Source: Octopus sinensis
Taxonomy: Eukaryota
Direction: 5' to 3'
DNA length: 64,000 bases
Assembly: GCF_006345805.1 (NCBI RefSeq)
Contig: NC_042997.1
Span: forward strand, 206,522,001 to 206,586,000
The notes under the pieces were generated by a model. It worked only from the letters and a program-made list of their open reading frames with translations. It had not been told where the DNA came from and made no database searches. The translations under genes were made by a program, and so were the position numbers. Of the stretch, positions 27,301-41,500 are shown piece after piece; positions within the stretch are counted from its first letter, which is position 1, and every line of letters begins with the position of its first letter.

Positions 27301-28939
27301 TTTCTGAAAACCATTTGACCAGACTATTTGATGGGAAGATTCCATTGCCCTTGGTTATACATCAGCTGATCTGATTGGCCAAGCCATGTTCACAGAGGTG
27401 TTAGTGCCTTTCATAGAGGCACAATTTATTTTCCCTAATTCAATATGTCTGGCTGTGGTCTTAGCTGTGGCAGCATGTGGTAAGTGAGAAAAATATTGGT
27501 TTCAAAGCTAAATGCTAGAAACATAACTCTGGCAATAAACTTGGCAATATGCTGGAATTCTGAAGTGGAGAGAGTAGGAGTTGGAGAGGAAGGCAAGAAA
27601 GCTCATAACGATGATGCATGGAAGCCATCATCCATGTGCAGACACAGATCACCTAGACACGATGAGAGCAAAGAGAGGAAAAGGGACGAGATACCTAGCC
27701 GAAAGTAAGGAAACCTTGCTAGTGGCAGCTAGGAATGAGGGAGTATTGAGAGCAGAGAGAAAAAAGGGAAAACAATGAAAGAAGTACAAAAGGGACGTGA
27801 AGAAGGGACCACATAATGATTTGCATGTAACCACAACAGAAGTTGCAGGAAAACCTAAATGGGATTGACTGAAGAAAGGAACACTGAAAAAAAGAGGCCG
27901 AGAGCAGCACCATACTGGCAGTGCAAGGCCAAACTTTGGCCATGAATTAAAGGGTGAACCTTAGGAATGAGCAAGTGTCTTTGCTGTGCCGCATCTGTAA
28001 CAGAGTGGTCAAAACCATTATGCACATCATGAATGAATGCCCTAGACTTGCCCAAATTGTGCCACTACAAATTGCGGCAACATGATAATTAATGAAAGTG
28101 CCACATTGGAAACTGTATGAAAAGTGGGGGTTAGAGAGAAGCAAGACTTGGGATGAGTATAAGCTTCAGAGAGTGGGGGAGTTGAAGACTTGTAAAATCT
28201 TCTGGGACCTCTCAATCCAAATAGATCAGGTACTAAAGCATAAAAAAAGGACTGGGCCCAGTGGTGGTGGACATGATGCACCACATGTGCTACATAGTTA
28301 ATGTTGCATGTCCCTTTGACCTATGAATAATCAAGGACGAAGGTAAAAAAAGGTAGATATATATAATCATCAGAGCATGGCTATGGGAATGATGGAAGTG
28401 AAGGTAGTACCAATTGTTATTGGGTCCTTGGGGGCGTTTTTGGAAGGCATCAAGGAAAATATAAAGGAAATTGGAATAGAGTGCCCAGTAGAAATGTTTA
28501 CAAAAGGTTTGCCTCCGTGGCATGGCCAGGATAATCAGGAAAAGAATGGATAGCATGGTACCGTAGGTCGCAGGTAGTAAGCCTGCTATGTATGCAAGAC
28601 TCTAGGAGTTCCAACAAAGCCTGTGATAAAGAGATAATAATAATAACAATAAAATGGAAACAGACCGCAGTGAATAGCAAACAGCATGGATGTGTGACAG
28701 CAAGCTACCAGGAAGATTCCTTAAAACTGAAACCATCATGAAGGAGGAATTAAAAATGCATAAAATCAATGAAAGAAAACTAGGTCATAATGGGACCATA
28801 ACAGGAAACAGACAGATTTTGCTTATATGGAGCATATATATATATACAAAAGTATAGCTCCCCCCAAAAACACTGCTACAGCATGTGCATAAAACTGCAA
28901 ACCTGTGAGTAAAATTTAAGATTTTAATTACATTATACA

Positions 28940-28981
<42 letters not shown>

Positions 28982-31900
28982 AGACCTCTATATGTATATG
29001 CACATTCCTATTTCTTCTTAGTTTCTCACAGATACATCAAAAATAATTATAACTGTAAAAGAAACATCAACACATCAACTATCGGCAGGGTTCAGTGAAA
29101 AAAGGTAAATGCTGCAAAGAAGGAACCCATAACTAAGCCAACAAAGAAAAAAGAAAAAGAAAGGCAGACAGATAATGATAAATGCTAGGAAATGGAAAAA
29201 CATACAAGAATAAAGTCATACTGTAAATACAGAACAATATGAACAAAAACATGTGTCATAGAAAGCCGATACCCAACAAAAGAACACAAGATCAGGCAAC
29301 GGGAAGTAGAAACAACAAGATAAGAGATACATCTCAAAGCAAAGAAGAACCTAAAGGGAAAAATAACAATAGTTCTACCAATAAGGAAGAGACAACTGGC
29401 ACCATTGACTTAAGTGATTTAAGTGAGAAAGATCAGAAGGTTTTAGATAAGTTACAGGAAGTAATGAGTGAAGAAGTAAGAAAAAGATTAGCAATATTAA
29501 AAGGCACCAACAGACAGAAGCTGCTAGAAATGACTAGGAAAGTAGACTCTGTTATCAGCAGGATGGATACTAAATATATAGGAGACAAAAATTTACTGAT
29601 CTATGCAGAAAGGGTTGTAGTGACCAGAAGATTAGATATCTCACAGGGAAAGACTAGAAAAGAGCAAATGTGGAAAAGGAGACTACAAAATAAAGTGAAG
29701 ACCTTAAGACAAGATCTGAGTAGAATAGAAGCCTGGAAAATGAACAAGATAGGAAACACAAGATGCAAATCTTTCCTTGAGAAAAGGTACTTAGTCAAAG
29801 AGAAAGGATTTGGGGCAGTAATAGAAAAGTTGAAACCGTGTGTCATAGCAGTAGCAGGCAAGCTTTCCAGATATCAGAAAAGAATAGATCAGTATCAACA
29901 GAATAGAATATTTAAGACAGATCTGAGGAAATTTTATAACCAGATAATTAATGGAGAAGGAAGTACTGAAGATGAGAAACCTAATGCAGAAGAAGTGAGA
30001 AAGTTCTGGAATAATATTTAGGATGAGTCAGTCAATCATAATCGAGATGCAGTATGATTAAAAGAAGTGAGGGAAAAACTAGATTTGACTGAGAGGCAGC
30101 CAAATCTAATACTAACTAGTGAATCATTGAATAAAGTGTTAGGAAAAATGCCAAATTGGAAGGGCTCAGGACCAGATTTAGTCGAAGGGTCCTAATTAAA
30201 GAAATTCATGGGCTGCTGAGGGAATAATTTGAGGATTGCCTTAATGGATGAATAATACCAGATTGGACGACAAGAAGGAGGACAATACTCATTATGAAGG
30301 ATAAGAGCAAGGGTAAAACAGCTAGCAATTATAGACCAATCACTTGTTTACCATTAGTGCGGAAGCTGTTAACAGGAATGCTTTCAGAAAGCATTTACAA
30401 GCACCTTCACAACCAGAGTTTATTGCCAGAAGAACAAAAAGGTTGCAGGAAGAAGTCTAGAGGAACACATGATCCATTATATAGAGACAAAGCATTTCTA
30501 AACGAAGTAAAAGCTAGAAAGAAAAATCTAAGAATAGCATGGATAGATTATAAGAAAGCCTATGACATGATCCCACACTCATGGCTAAGTGGATGTTTGA
30601 GTATATTCAGTAATTGCAGACAACAAAAGAGAATTAATTAGCTTCAGCATGAAGGAATGGAAAGTAGATCTCTGCTCAGGTGACACACTCTTAGGAAAAG
30701 TTAATATCAAAAGAGGAATTTTCCAGAGGGAGTCGTTGTCCCCTTTAATATTTTGTCTTGTGTTTGATCCCTCCCCAGTTAAGTATTAAGGAAGGAAAGA
30801 GGCCAGATATGAGTTCAGAAATAGTAAGGGAAAAATTAACCATTTGCTCTACATGGATGATCAGAAGCTTTTTAGTAAGAATGAAAAAGAGATAGATCCC
30901 TTAATACAGAATGTAAGATTCTTGAGCAAAGATACAGGCATGGAATTTGGCATAGATAAGGGTGCAATATTAGTAATGGTGAAAAGGGACAGGCAGTCAA
31001 CAGTGAAGGCATCCAATTACCAATTGGCCAGACATTGAAATCATTGAAAGGAGGAGAGTGTTATAAGTATCTAAGAGTATTAGAATCTGACAGGGAACTA
31101 ACTATAGAAATGAAAAGGAAAATTGAAAAGGAGTACATCAGAAGGGTGAGAGGAAGTTAATGAAGTCAAAGCTAACTGGTCTGAATCTAGTGAAGGCTGT
31201 AAATACTTGGGCAGTATCCTTACTTAGATACTCGGCAGCTTTTGTAGATTGGACAAAAACTGAATTAGTAAAGCTAAGCAGAAGAAGTAGGAAGGAATTC
31301 AATATGAATGGAGGATTCCACCCAAGGGCAGGAGTAGCAAGATTGTACCTAACTAGAAATGAAGGAGGTTAATATCAGTTGTAGACAGTGTGGATTTAGC
31401 TAGAGTAGATATACACTCATCTGTAGGTAATAAGGAAGAAAATTTACTAAGAGCTGCTCGAGTCACAGCATGACAAAGGCAAACCAAAACATCAAAACGA
31501 AGTTTAAAACCAGAAAAAAGAATAGAAATTGTCTGAGTGGCAGGAGAAGGCTTTGCATGGTAGATTCTCAGAGAGAGCTGGAGCACGTAGTAGTAGTGCA
31601 AAATGGTTATGCTAGCAGAAAGGAAATCTCAAGAAGGAGACAGAAAGTTTGTCAGTAGCTGCTCAAGATCAAGCATTAAGAACTAATTGAATAAAATTCA
31701 AATAGAAAAAAAACAAGCAGATTCCCAATGTAGGGTAGGCAAATAAAGAGGAAAGTGATACAATAGGCATAAACCCAGTTTAGTACAGCTGCACAAAATA
31801 GTATTATTAGGGAGAACTATTGTACTTAGGAGGGTTCTTGGCATGTAAGGCCACTCGTTGTAGCCCAAAATGAGGATTCTTTTCTTTTCCAACAGTCTAA

Positions 31901-34900
31901 CCTGTTGAGTTTATATGAATAATAATAATATGATAACTTAAAGAGGGGATTCATGGCTTCTGGTTGAAGAGATGCCACACAGTGAATGAAAGACTAGCAG
32001 CCCAATTGAATGAGCATATCCCGAAAGGTATGGGGATGGTGACTGGGAGGAGAACACTTGTAACAAAAGAGAGAAGAAAGGGGAATATTGTAGGGAAAGT
32101 ACCATCCCTTAGCATGCCTAAACATAATCTGGAAGATACTCACTGGAATGTGTGTGGCAAAGACATACACTTTCCTAGCACAGGAAGAAATACTACCAAG
32201 GGAACAAAAAGGATGTAAGAAGAGTTCTCAGGGTACCAAGGATCACCTGGTCATCGATAAAACAGTTCTGAGGCATTGTAAAAAACAGCATACAACATGT
32301 CTGTGGCTTGGATTGACTTTAAGAAGGCATATGATATGATGCCTCGTTCTTGGATCGTTGAATGCCTGCAGATGTTTGGCGTTGCTGACAACATCACAAA
32401 TTTTCTGATGCATAGCATGAAAGAGTGGGAAACCAAATTGTAGTCAAGTAATGTATTCCTTGGAGAAGTTAATATTAAAAGGGGAAACTTCCAAGGCGTT
32501 ACTTTCTGTAATTGCACTCATTCCCATAACAATGACACTTAGGAATGTTAAGATGGGTTACCAATGTGGGAAGAAAGGCCCATCATTGAACCATCTTCTG
32601 TTTATGGATGACCTGAAATTGTTTGGGAAATCTGAAAAACAGATAGATTTCTTAACCAAAACAGTCCAGAAGTGTGGTAGAAACATCGGTATGGTATTTG
32701 AGATTACCAAATGCTCAGTACTTAATATGAAAAGTGGGAAGAAAGCAGCCGGCAGAGGATTGCAGTTACCATTAGGAGAGACCATGGGTGAACCCGATGG
32801 TGGTAATGGGTATAGATATTTAGGGACTTTGGAGCTGGATGACATTCTACACAGAGAAATGAAAGTCAAGCTCAGTGAGGCGTATCAAAAAAGGGTGAAG
32901 ATGGTGTTGAAATCCAATCTGAATGCCAAAATTTTGATTACTACAATGAATATCTGAGCAGTTGTGGTGGTCAGATATAGTGTGTCCATCCTCAAATGGA
33001 CTAAGGAGGAAATATCAACACTGGATAGAAGGGCGAGAAAGCTGAGGACACTGCATGGGGCGCTACAACCTAAAGCAAATGTAAACAGACTGTACATGAA
33101 AACGAAGAATGGTGGCAGAGGACTAATTAGTATAGACTATTGTATAAGGAGTGAAAGGAGAACGATTGCTGAGTATTTGATGAATTGTAATGAAGACCTA
33201 CTGCAATATGCTGCAAAAGATATGGAGGTAAATGCAGCTGAAATGATGGGCAAGGAAGAGTTTAACCAAAGAGCTGAGGAGAAGAGAAAAGAAGACCTTC
33301 TTGAAATGAGAATGCATGGACAGTTTGAAAGGAATACACAAGACTTTAAGGATTATACAGCATCGTGAGTATGGCTTGAGCGAGGTGATTTGAAGTACAC
33401 CAATGAAAACCTGATCTTGCTGCACAAGACCAGGCCTTGTTACCAATTTAGTTAAGTATAACATCTATAAAACTTCTGACACTCAGAAATGCAGACTCGG
33501 TGGAAAGAGTATGGAAAATGTGACTGACTTGGTGAAGTGGCTGAGAGAGCCTTGCACAAAAAGAATACAAGCACCGTTACGATAAAGTGAGTGAGTATCT
33601 TCATTGGCCCTTATGCCATAAATACCAATATGAAGTAACAAAGAACTGGTATGAGTTGTACCAAAAAAAGTTATGCAGGAGGATGGAAAAGTAACGATAC
33701 TCTGGGACTATGATTTTCAGATGGATCGTAGCCATAGTGTAGGCTGATTCACTCAGGTCATTTGCACTACATTCACTCACTTCTTAACAAAATCACTGGA
33801 ATGCAGTACTTCCTTCTCTATCCTCACTTTCCTTTCCAAGTGAAACTTGAACAAATTGATGAGAGCTTGGCTGAAAAGGAAAATTTCAATCTTCAAGCCC
33901 TTTCAACTTAGTCCACCACACAACTTCTTTTGCACCAGACAAAGAAACACAGCCTGCCCTTCCCAGTTAAAGGAAAGCAGTGGGATGATCTTTACGAAGG
34001 AAAGAATGGTTGGGAAGTGAATGAGAGTGTGCAGAAGAGATTTATCACTTTGTGCACACCTCCTCCAATGCCCTCTCTGTTATGGCAAGACCCCTGTTTC
34101 TGCCTCTCTGTCACACTCTAATCTTTTATCATCTGACACAAGCTCTCCTCTTGCCCCTCTCATAATTCATTATCTTGGTGACCCTGCCAGCACTGGTGCC
34201 ATGTAAAAAGCATCCACTGCACACTGTGAAATGGCTTGCATTTGGAAGGGCATCTAGCTGCAAAAATAATGCCAAAACTAACTTTGTTGTGCTAGTTCCA
34301 CGTAAAATGTACTGAGTCCACTCTGCTGAGTGGTTGGTGTTAGGAAGTGCATCCAGCTGTAAAATTCCTGCCAAAACAGACACAGTAGCGAAGGGTAGTT
34401 ATTTTCCACCTTGCCGGCTCCTGTCAACTGTCCAATCCATGCATGCTTAGAAAACAGATGTTAAACGATGATGATGATGATGATGTTGGCAGTGGTACTG
34501 GCAAACCTGCTGCAGCTGCTGCCACCAGCATGGCAGCTGTTTTCTCGCTGTTGTTGTCACTTTTTCTCATTAATTTCTTTTGTTCCTGTGATGGTGAAAT
34601 GGGATGACAGAAGCAAGGCAAAATCGCTTTCCTAGGCCTCACATGCACTATTGTTGATGTTGTTGTTGCTTGTAAGACTTGGCTGTTCTCTCTTCTGGGA
34701 GACCAGCTCTTCTTTTCAATGGATGAACAATTCTCGTTCCCCACCCTTGTTTTTTAGCCCAAACGATTACCAGAATGGCCCCTAAAGCCTACAGATGTGG
34801 GAAAACTAACCAGTCCCCAAGGTCCTGGTTTTTTTAATCAAGTAATGATAACAAATGTACGATGTGTAACAATATGAATAACAACAAAACTTATGGAGCA

Positions 34901-35644
34901 ATGTGCAATATAGGTCGATAACAACAACAACGACGATTACAAATTTTGGCAGAAGTCTAGAAATTTGGGGGAATGGAATAAGTCAATTACATTGACCCCA
35001 GTGTGTCACTGGTACTAAATTTTTTCGATCCCAATAGGATGAGGGGTGAAGTTGACCTCAGTGGAATTTGAACTCAGAACATAAAGACAGACGAAATGCC
35101 AGAGAGCACTTTCCCCAAGATGCTAACAATTCTGTCAGGTCACTGCCGTAATGTTGATGATGATGATGATGATGATGATGATGACGACTATAAACCCGAA
35201 GGCATCATCGCAAATGATAATGCAATGATCCTGTGGGATTTTATGATTCAGCGTGACCATGAGACAGAGAATAGGAAGCTAGACATAGTCTTAATCGAGG
35301 GAAAAAGCAAACAGTGCTGACAACAAGGTATGCGATAAGGAAGCAAGAAAAGTCGAGAGATATGACAGGTTAGCTTGGGAAGTTAAGCAGTTGTGGTCGA
35401 TGAAAAAGGTGGTAATGGTACTAATAATTGTTGGAGCCCAGGGAAAAGTGATTAAAAATCTCAAGAAGTACATGGAACAAATAGGGGCTGCAATAAGGAT
35501 GGAGCACTTGCAGAAAACAGCACTACTTGGACCCACTCGAATACTCTAGATGGTGCTCGAAAAATAAGGGGTGTTACCTTAGTTCACTGGTAGTGAACAG
35601 CTGACACCGTAGTACATCTCCAGCGTTAGAAGCTGTGCAAAGGC

Positions 35645-35682
<38 letters not shown>

Positions 35683-38457
35683 TAGGCAATATATAGAGCA
35701 TAATGTGATTGCAATAGATGTTTTATTGGTTCAATGATATTGGGATCCTTTTAGATCCAGTTATGCTAGATTCGATCATCATCATTTTTATTCTCCGTAA
35801 TCATAGGGTTTTCTGACTCCATTGTCATTTTTATGATCAAAAAGAACACTTGTATTTTACAGTCTCCCTAAAATACACAAATGCCTGAGAAAATGGTCAA
35901 ACGAAAGTATTTCATAAAATATGCTCTGTAGATTATTGAGGTTTGTGTTACAAAGTAACACAACGAAGTTTGGGCAAACATTTTACCACCTGATGAGGAG
36001 TTGCCCCATGGATGCTCCCATGGCAGCTAATTTCGCAAATGTCTTCACAACAAAATTTTAAACAGAGTTACTGAAGACATTCAAATTCTTACATGGCCAT
36101 CAACCAATACTCTGGTTACAGTACCCTGATGATGTAATTTTGCTTGGGAAGGATTGCAGGATACTATAATTGAATTTTTGCATTTCTATAAAAATTTACA
36201 TCTAGTTTTTCAAAAACTAGCATTGATTATTTGGACACAAAAATTAAGTTTTCTGGAGGCAGAATAGTGACAGAGTTGCTTGGGAAGCCCACATTTACAT
36301 CCACCACCACTCTGTCCATCCACATCATATAATTCGATCAAATCCAAAATCCCAGTTGTTGAGGATAAAATGGATTTGTACTGACACATGATTACTAGAA
36401 ACCTTTGTACATTATCATGACAAACACAGTTACAGTGAATTATGATTAAAGGAAATAGCAAATGAAATAGCTAAGATTGGCAAAAAAAGACAAAACAATT
36501 TCATGCATAATTTTAGCAGACACAATACAATAGATTATGAAATTTCTTTAATGATTAACTGGAACTGAAAGAATTATTAACCTCTACTTCTGACTCCAAG
36601 GAAACTAACATTGGGGTACCTGCATGCTGTACCCTGAAAAACAGCTGCAAAAGAGGTAAGACCTGTTCATTGTACAACAACATGAATCAAGTGAATTCCA
36701 TCAGGTATCATATCAGAAATGTTATGATTTATACAGAAGGTGGGACATGTAGAGATTCCCATTTGGTGTATGCAGCAGAATGCACGAAACACAACTTGGT
36801 TTATGTTCGTTGCACAAAAGAACAATTAAACAAAAGACTTAATGGGCACAGATATGATGTCAGGCACAATAACAGTAGTTGGACAGAACTTACCAAACAT
36901 TTTGCATCAAATGGCTGCAATTTTGAAACAGACTTGAGAAAGTGCATATTCTCAAAAAATCTTCTAAATCTGTTACACTTTCAATACTCAAAATGCATGA
37001 GGAGAAATAAGTTTGTGCATTATTAACATCATTCCCTGGAGGAACGAATAAAATGATAGGAGAAATTCATCATATTTACACAAAACTATTTGATTAAATA
37101 TGCTTCTTTGTTTTCCTTTCCTTTCTCTTTCAGTCTTTTCGTTTTTGCTGGTTGTAAACTTGAAAATTGAAGATTGATGATGTCATTCCATCAACATGAG
37201 AATGCTGGTTGCCTCGTTCAAATTTTGGATTTGAATTTCTATAATTTTGAATTTCTATGTATCACTTCACATTTTGAACTAAACAAAGCGAAGCAGGCTG
37301 TCAGAATATCGTGCAAACCAATGAAATATCTATTGCAATAACATCGTGCTCTTTGTATTATCAATTTACCTTTGTGAAGAGTTACATCAATCCTTTTAAA
37401 ATAATAATAAAAACCTTTTCTTCTTAAGGCTCGAGGCCTGAAATTTTGGAAAAGGGGAGTAGACATTTCACTGGTATTTAATTTACTGAAAGGATGTAAG
37501 GCAAAGCTAACATCAACAGAATTTGAACTCAGAATGTGAAGATGGAAAAAATATTGCTAAAAATATCACCTGACCTGATAAGTATTCTGCCAGCTCATTG
37601 CCTTAATAATAATAATGATGATAATAATAATAATAATATTTTAAAAAGGATTGATGTAACTCTTCACAAAGGTAAACAGTCAAGATGAAGAGTGAGATTC
37701 GATTGTAAGATATTTTATTAGTTGAACGATATTTCAACAGTACGTCTGTCTTTGTCAAGTTGAAAATAAGAAGTGATACAAATTCAAAATTACAGAAATT
37801 TAAATGTAAAGTATGAACGAGAGCAACTAGCGTCCACACGTTGATGGAATGACATCCACCTTTTGATGTTTCCTATAGCCCAAAACCTTCATTGGCTACT
37901 ATGCTGTAAGTATGGATATGAGGTTATGGGTGCTTGGTTCCAACATACACCAGAAAAGGTAATGGATGAAAAGGGGAAAGCAAAATCCTCTGGGACTTTG
38001 ATTTCAAGACAGTCAAAGTATTAGAGTACTGAAGGCTGGATACAAGTAACCTTTAGGAGGGACAAACAAGAGTTCCCAATAATTGATGTGGCTATGCCAG
38101 GAGATCAACATATCATCATGGAAGAAAGAGAAAAGGTTGATAAATATGGAGACCTGAGAATTGAGATTGCTAAGATGTGGCAGGTACAAGAGTCGAACAT
38201 AAAGGTTATCCCTATTGTCACCAGAACATTGGGTTCAATACCACCCAATCTGAAAAACATCTGAAGACCTTAGAGAGACCCTACAATATAGGTATATTGC
38301 AAAAGTCAGCATTACTTTGAATTGGATGCATATTGTGTAAAGTACTGTCTGGGTGAGGTTCTTGTTGTGACTGGACAAACATTAGATACAATGTCTTCAA
38401 TCAACAATTTCATAACATTGTATACTGTGTGACATCTATGATATACTACTACTACTT

Positions 38458-38493
<36 letters not shown>

Positions 38494-38534
38494 ATAATAA
38501 TAATAATAATGAGAAGAAGAAGAAGAAGAAGAAG

Positions 38535-38566
<32 letters not shown>

Positions 38567-41500
38567 GAAGAAGAAGAAGACGACAACGACACCGGGGATG
38601 CTTAACATGTGAGAGCGATAAAACACTGCTCCGAAATCTATCCAAAAACATCGAAAACAAAGACATCGCATGGAGCCAGAAAATAGCTGAAAAAGGGTTG
38701 GACTATATCCGAGTAAGTAATACTCATTGAATTTATTACTATTTTCAAAATGAAATTATGTATTTTAACAGGATATCATCTCCATTGCTTGCACAGCACA
38801 TGTAAACATGCTTGATACATTACGATCTATCAACACCAGGTCGTCTCCGGCGCCAAACACCATGTATAAAAAAATTACAAATAAATTAAATAATACTGGT
38901 ATTATTCAACCCAGGAATAACAATCGGAAAGTGTGTACTTTAAACTTTTTACACAAAAAGTACGTAAAACTACACGGGCAAAACAATGTGACAATAGAAA
39001 TGAACGGACCGGTACCCTACGAAAATGATGACCGTCAAAATAATGGGCCGGACGTTGTTCCTCATGTCCTGCAAATAAAACCAAAGAAGCATAAATGGAC
39101 ACGTGAGGAATACATTTCAATCCTACACGCTTACTTTACAGCAGTGCTCTACCCAAAGAATGAAAACACAACATATACATATAAAATATGGAAGAAAAAT
39201 AACCTAAACAAACACTTGGATACAGCAATGAACCCTAATAAACTAGCTAACATACGAAGATATATTCTCAATGCAAAAAAAATATCAGAAATAGAAATAC
39301 AACATTTAAAAGAAAAAATACACCAGGAAAATGTAAATAGAAGCCACACAACAATGCCAAATAATATAAACACTGAGATAGTAAAACATGAAGACAAACG
39401 TAACATTCCCAACAAAAATGATGCAAACAAAAAACAACAAACCCAGACCGTAAGGATGCATAATAATGCACAACAAGCAGCGAGCCAAAACACGACAGAC
39501 AAACATATGAATGAGAAAGAAAGTGACACAAATCTAAAACCTGGAAACAACGAAGGGAAGCCTAATGATTATGATACTATAAAAAGTAGACTAATCAAAG
39601 AACTGAAAAACACAGATCTCAAAATGGACCATCGGTCATACCTCCCAAAAATCAAAATAGACAAAAAAACAACATCAATTATAAATAGTATAAACTTAGC
39701 CGTCACGGAACTAATAGCCACTGAAACAAAAAGCTATATCACTGAGCTAAATGACTTAGTATATGCAGCAGCCACTGCAGCCACAAAAGAAGCTGGATAC
39801 TCCCTCAAACCCATCCAAACAAGAGTACCACCACCACCCTGTGGATAAATAACATCCCAAAAAATTTTTTAAATGAGAAAAGATCTGTCGATTCTTAATG
39901 AAATCAGTCGACAATCAACGCTACTGAGCAACAAAAAGAAAACAAAAATACTCCGCAAATATAACATCACAGAAAAAGATTTACCTGAGATAAAAGAAAA
40001 GCTGAAGCAAGATATCCTTGCCAAAGCACAAAGGATCCGCCGGTATGAGAAACGCCAATGTTTCTTTGAACAAAACAAACAGTTCAACTCCAACCCCAAA
40101 AGGTTCTACCAAGAACTTGGCAAGAAGAAGTGGAAGAATTTTGGAAAGAAATATGGTCGGTGAATGAACAACCTCAGAAAAGGACTATTAAAACAACTGA
40201 GCAACTCTGGACCCCTATAACAACTGAAGAGGTCACCCAGGCACTGCAAAGACTAACCAACATGAAGGCACCTGGGCATGACAAGATCCCCAACTTCTGG
40301 TTAAAATATCTGACAGGAATACACAGAAAGCTGGCTGAAAACTTTAACAACATACTGGCAGAGCCACAGACAATGTCTGAATGGCTCACGGAAGGGAAAA
40401 CTATCTTAATTCTCAAATCTGATAACACGGCAAAACCACAAGACTACGGACCTATAACCTGTCTGCCTATAATGTACAAAAACCTTTACTGCAGTAATAT
40501 CGCAGAGATTGAACAAGCATCTGGAACAAAACAACCTGTTTCCAGAAAAGCAGAAGTGATGCTGCAAGGGCTCATATGGCTGTAAAGATCAATTAATGAT
40601 CAATAAAGCCATTACTGAAGACAGCCACAGAAAGAAGAAAGTCCTCGGTATGGCCTCGATCGACTACCGAAAGGCTTTTGATAGCATTCTCCACACATGG
40701 ATCCTTGAAACACTAGCCATGAACAAGGTAGCACCAATAATTATAAAATACATAAGACACTCTTTGAATAAATGGCAGACAGTGCTACAGCTACAAACAA
40801 GAGGGACTCGTGAAAACCAAAGCCATCCCCTTTAGAAGAGGAATATTCCAGGGAGACACGCTCTCTCCACTCCTTTTCTGCTTAGCACTTACACCTCTAT
40901 CTGATATGCTAAATAGAACTGGATGCGGATACAAATGTTACGGCAAAACGATCAGCCACCTTTTATATGTGGATGACCTAAAATTATATGCTACAAATGA
41001 TAAACAGCTGGAAACACTACTACAGACAGTACATGGATTTACCAAAGAAATAGATATGAAATTTGGATAAGAAATATGCGCCAAAGTAACCTTGAAAAGA
41101 GGAAAACTAGTTAAGAGTAGCAACATCACACTAGATAAAGCCAATGAAATAAGAGAATTAGACCAAAGCCAAACTTACAAATATTTAGGAATCCATGAAC
41201 TAGATAAGACACAACACACACAAATGAAAGAGAAAATAAAAAAAGAATATTATAGACGAGTTAGATCAATACTAAACACAGAGCTCAATGCTAAAAACAA
41301 GATAATAGGTATCAACACTTTAGCTGTCCCAGTTATAAGTTACAGCTACAATATCCTTAACTGGACACGAAATGAACTGTCCAAAATAGATAGGAAAACA
41401 AGAAAAATACTGACAGGATCTAGGATGCATCACCCAAAATCTGACATAGAAAGGCTATATATACAACGTATAGAAGGTGGTAGAGGCCTTATAAAGCTGG

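Noticed and set aside
38312-38730. Poly-Arg, poly-Leu and poly-Phe ORFs (similar artefacts at 43619-43966, 15214-15576 and 68-361)
   Set aside because: Trinucleotide microsatellite artefacts.
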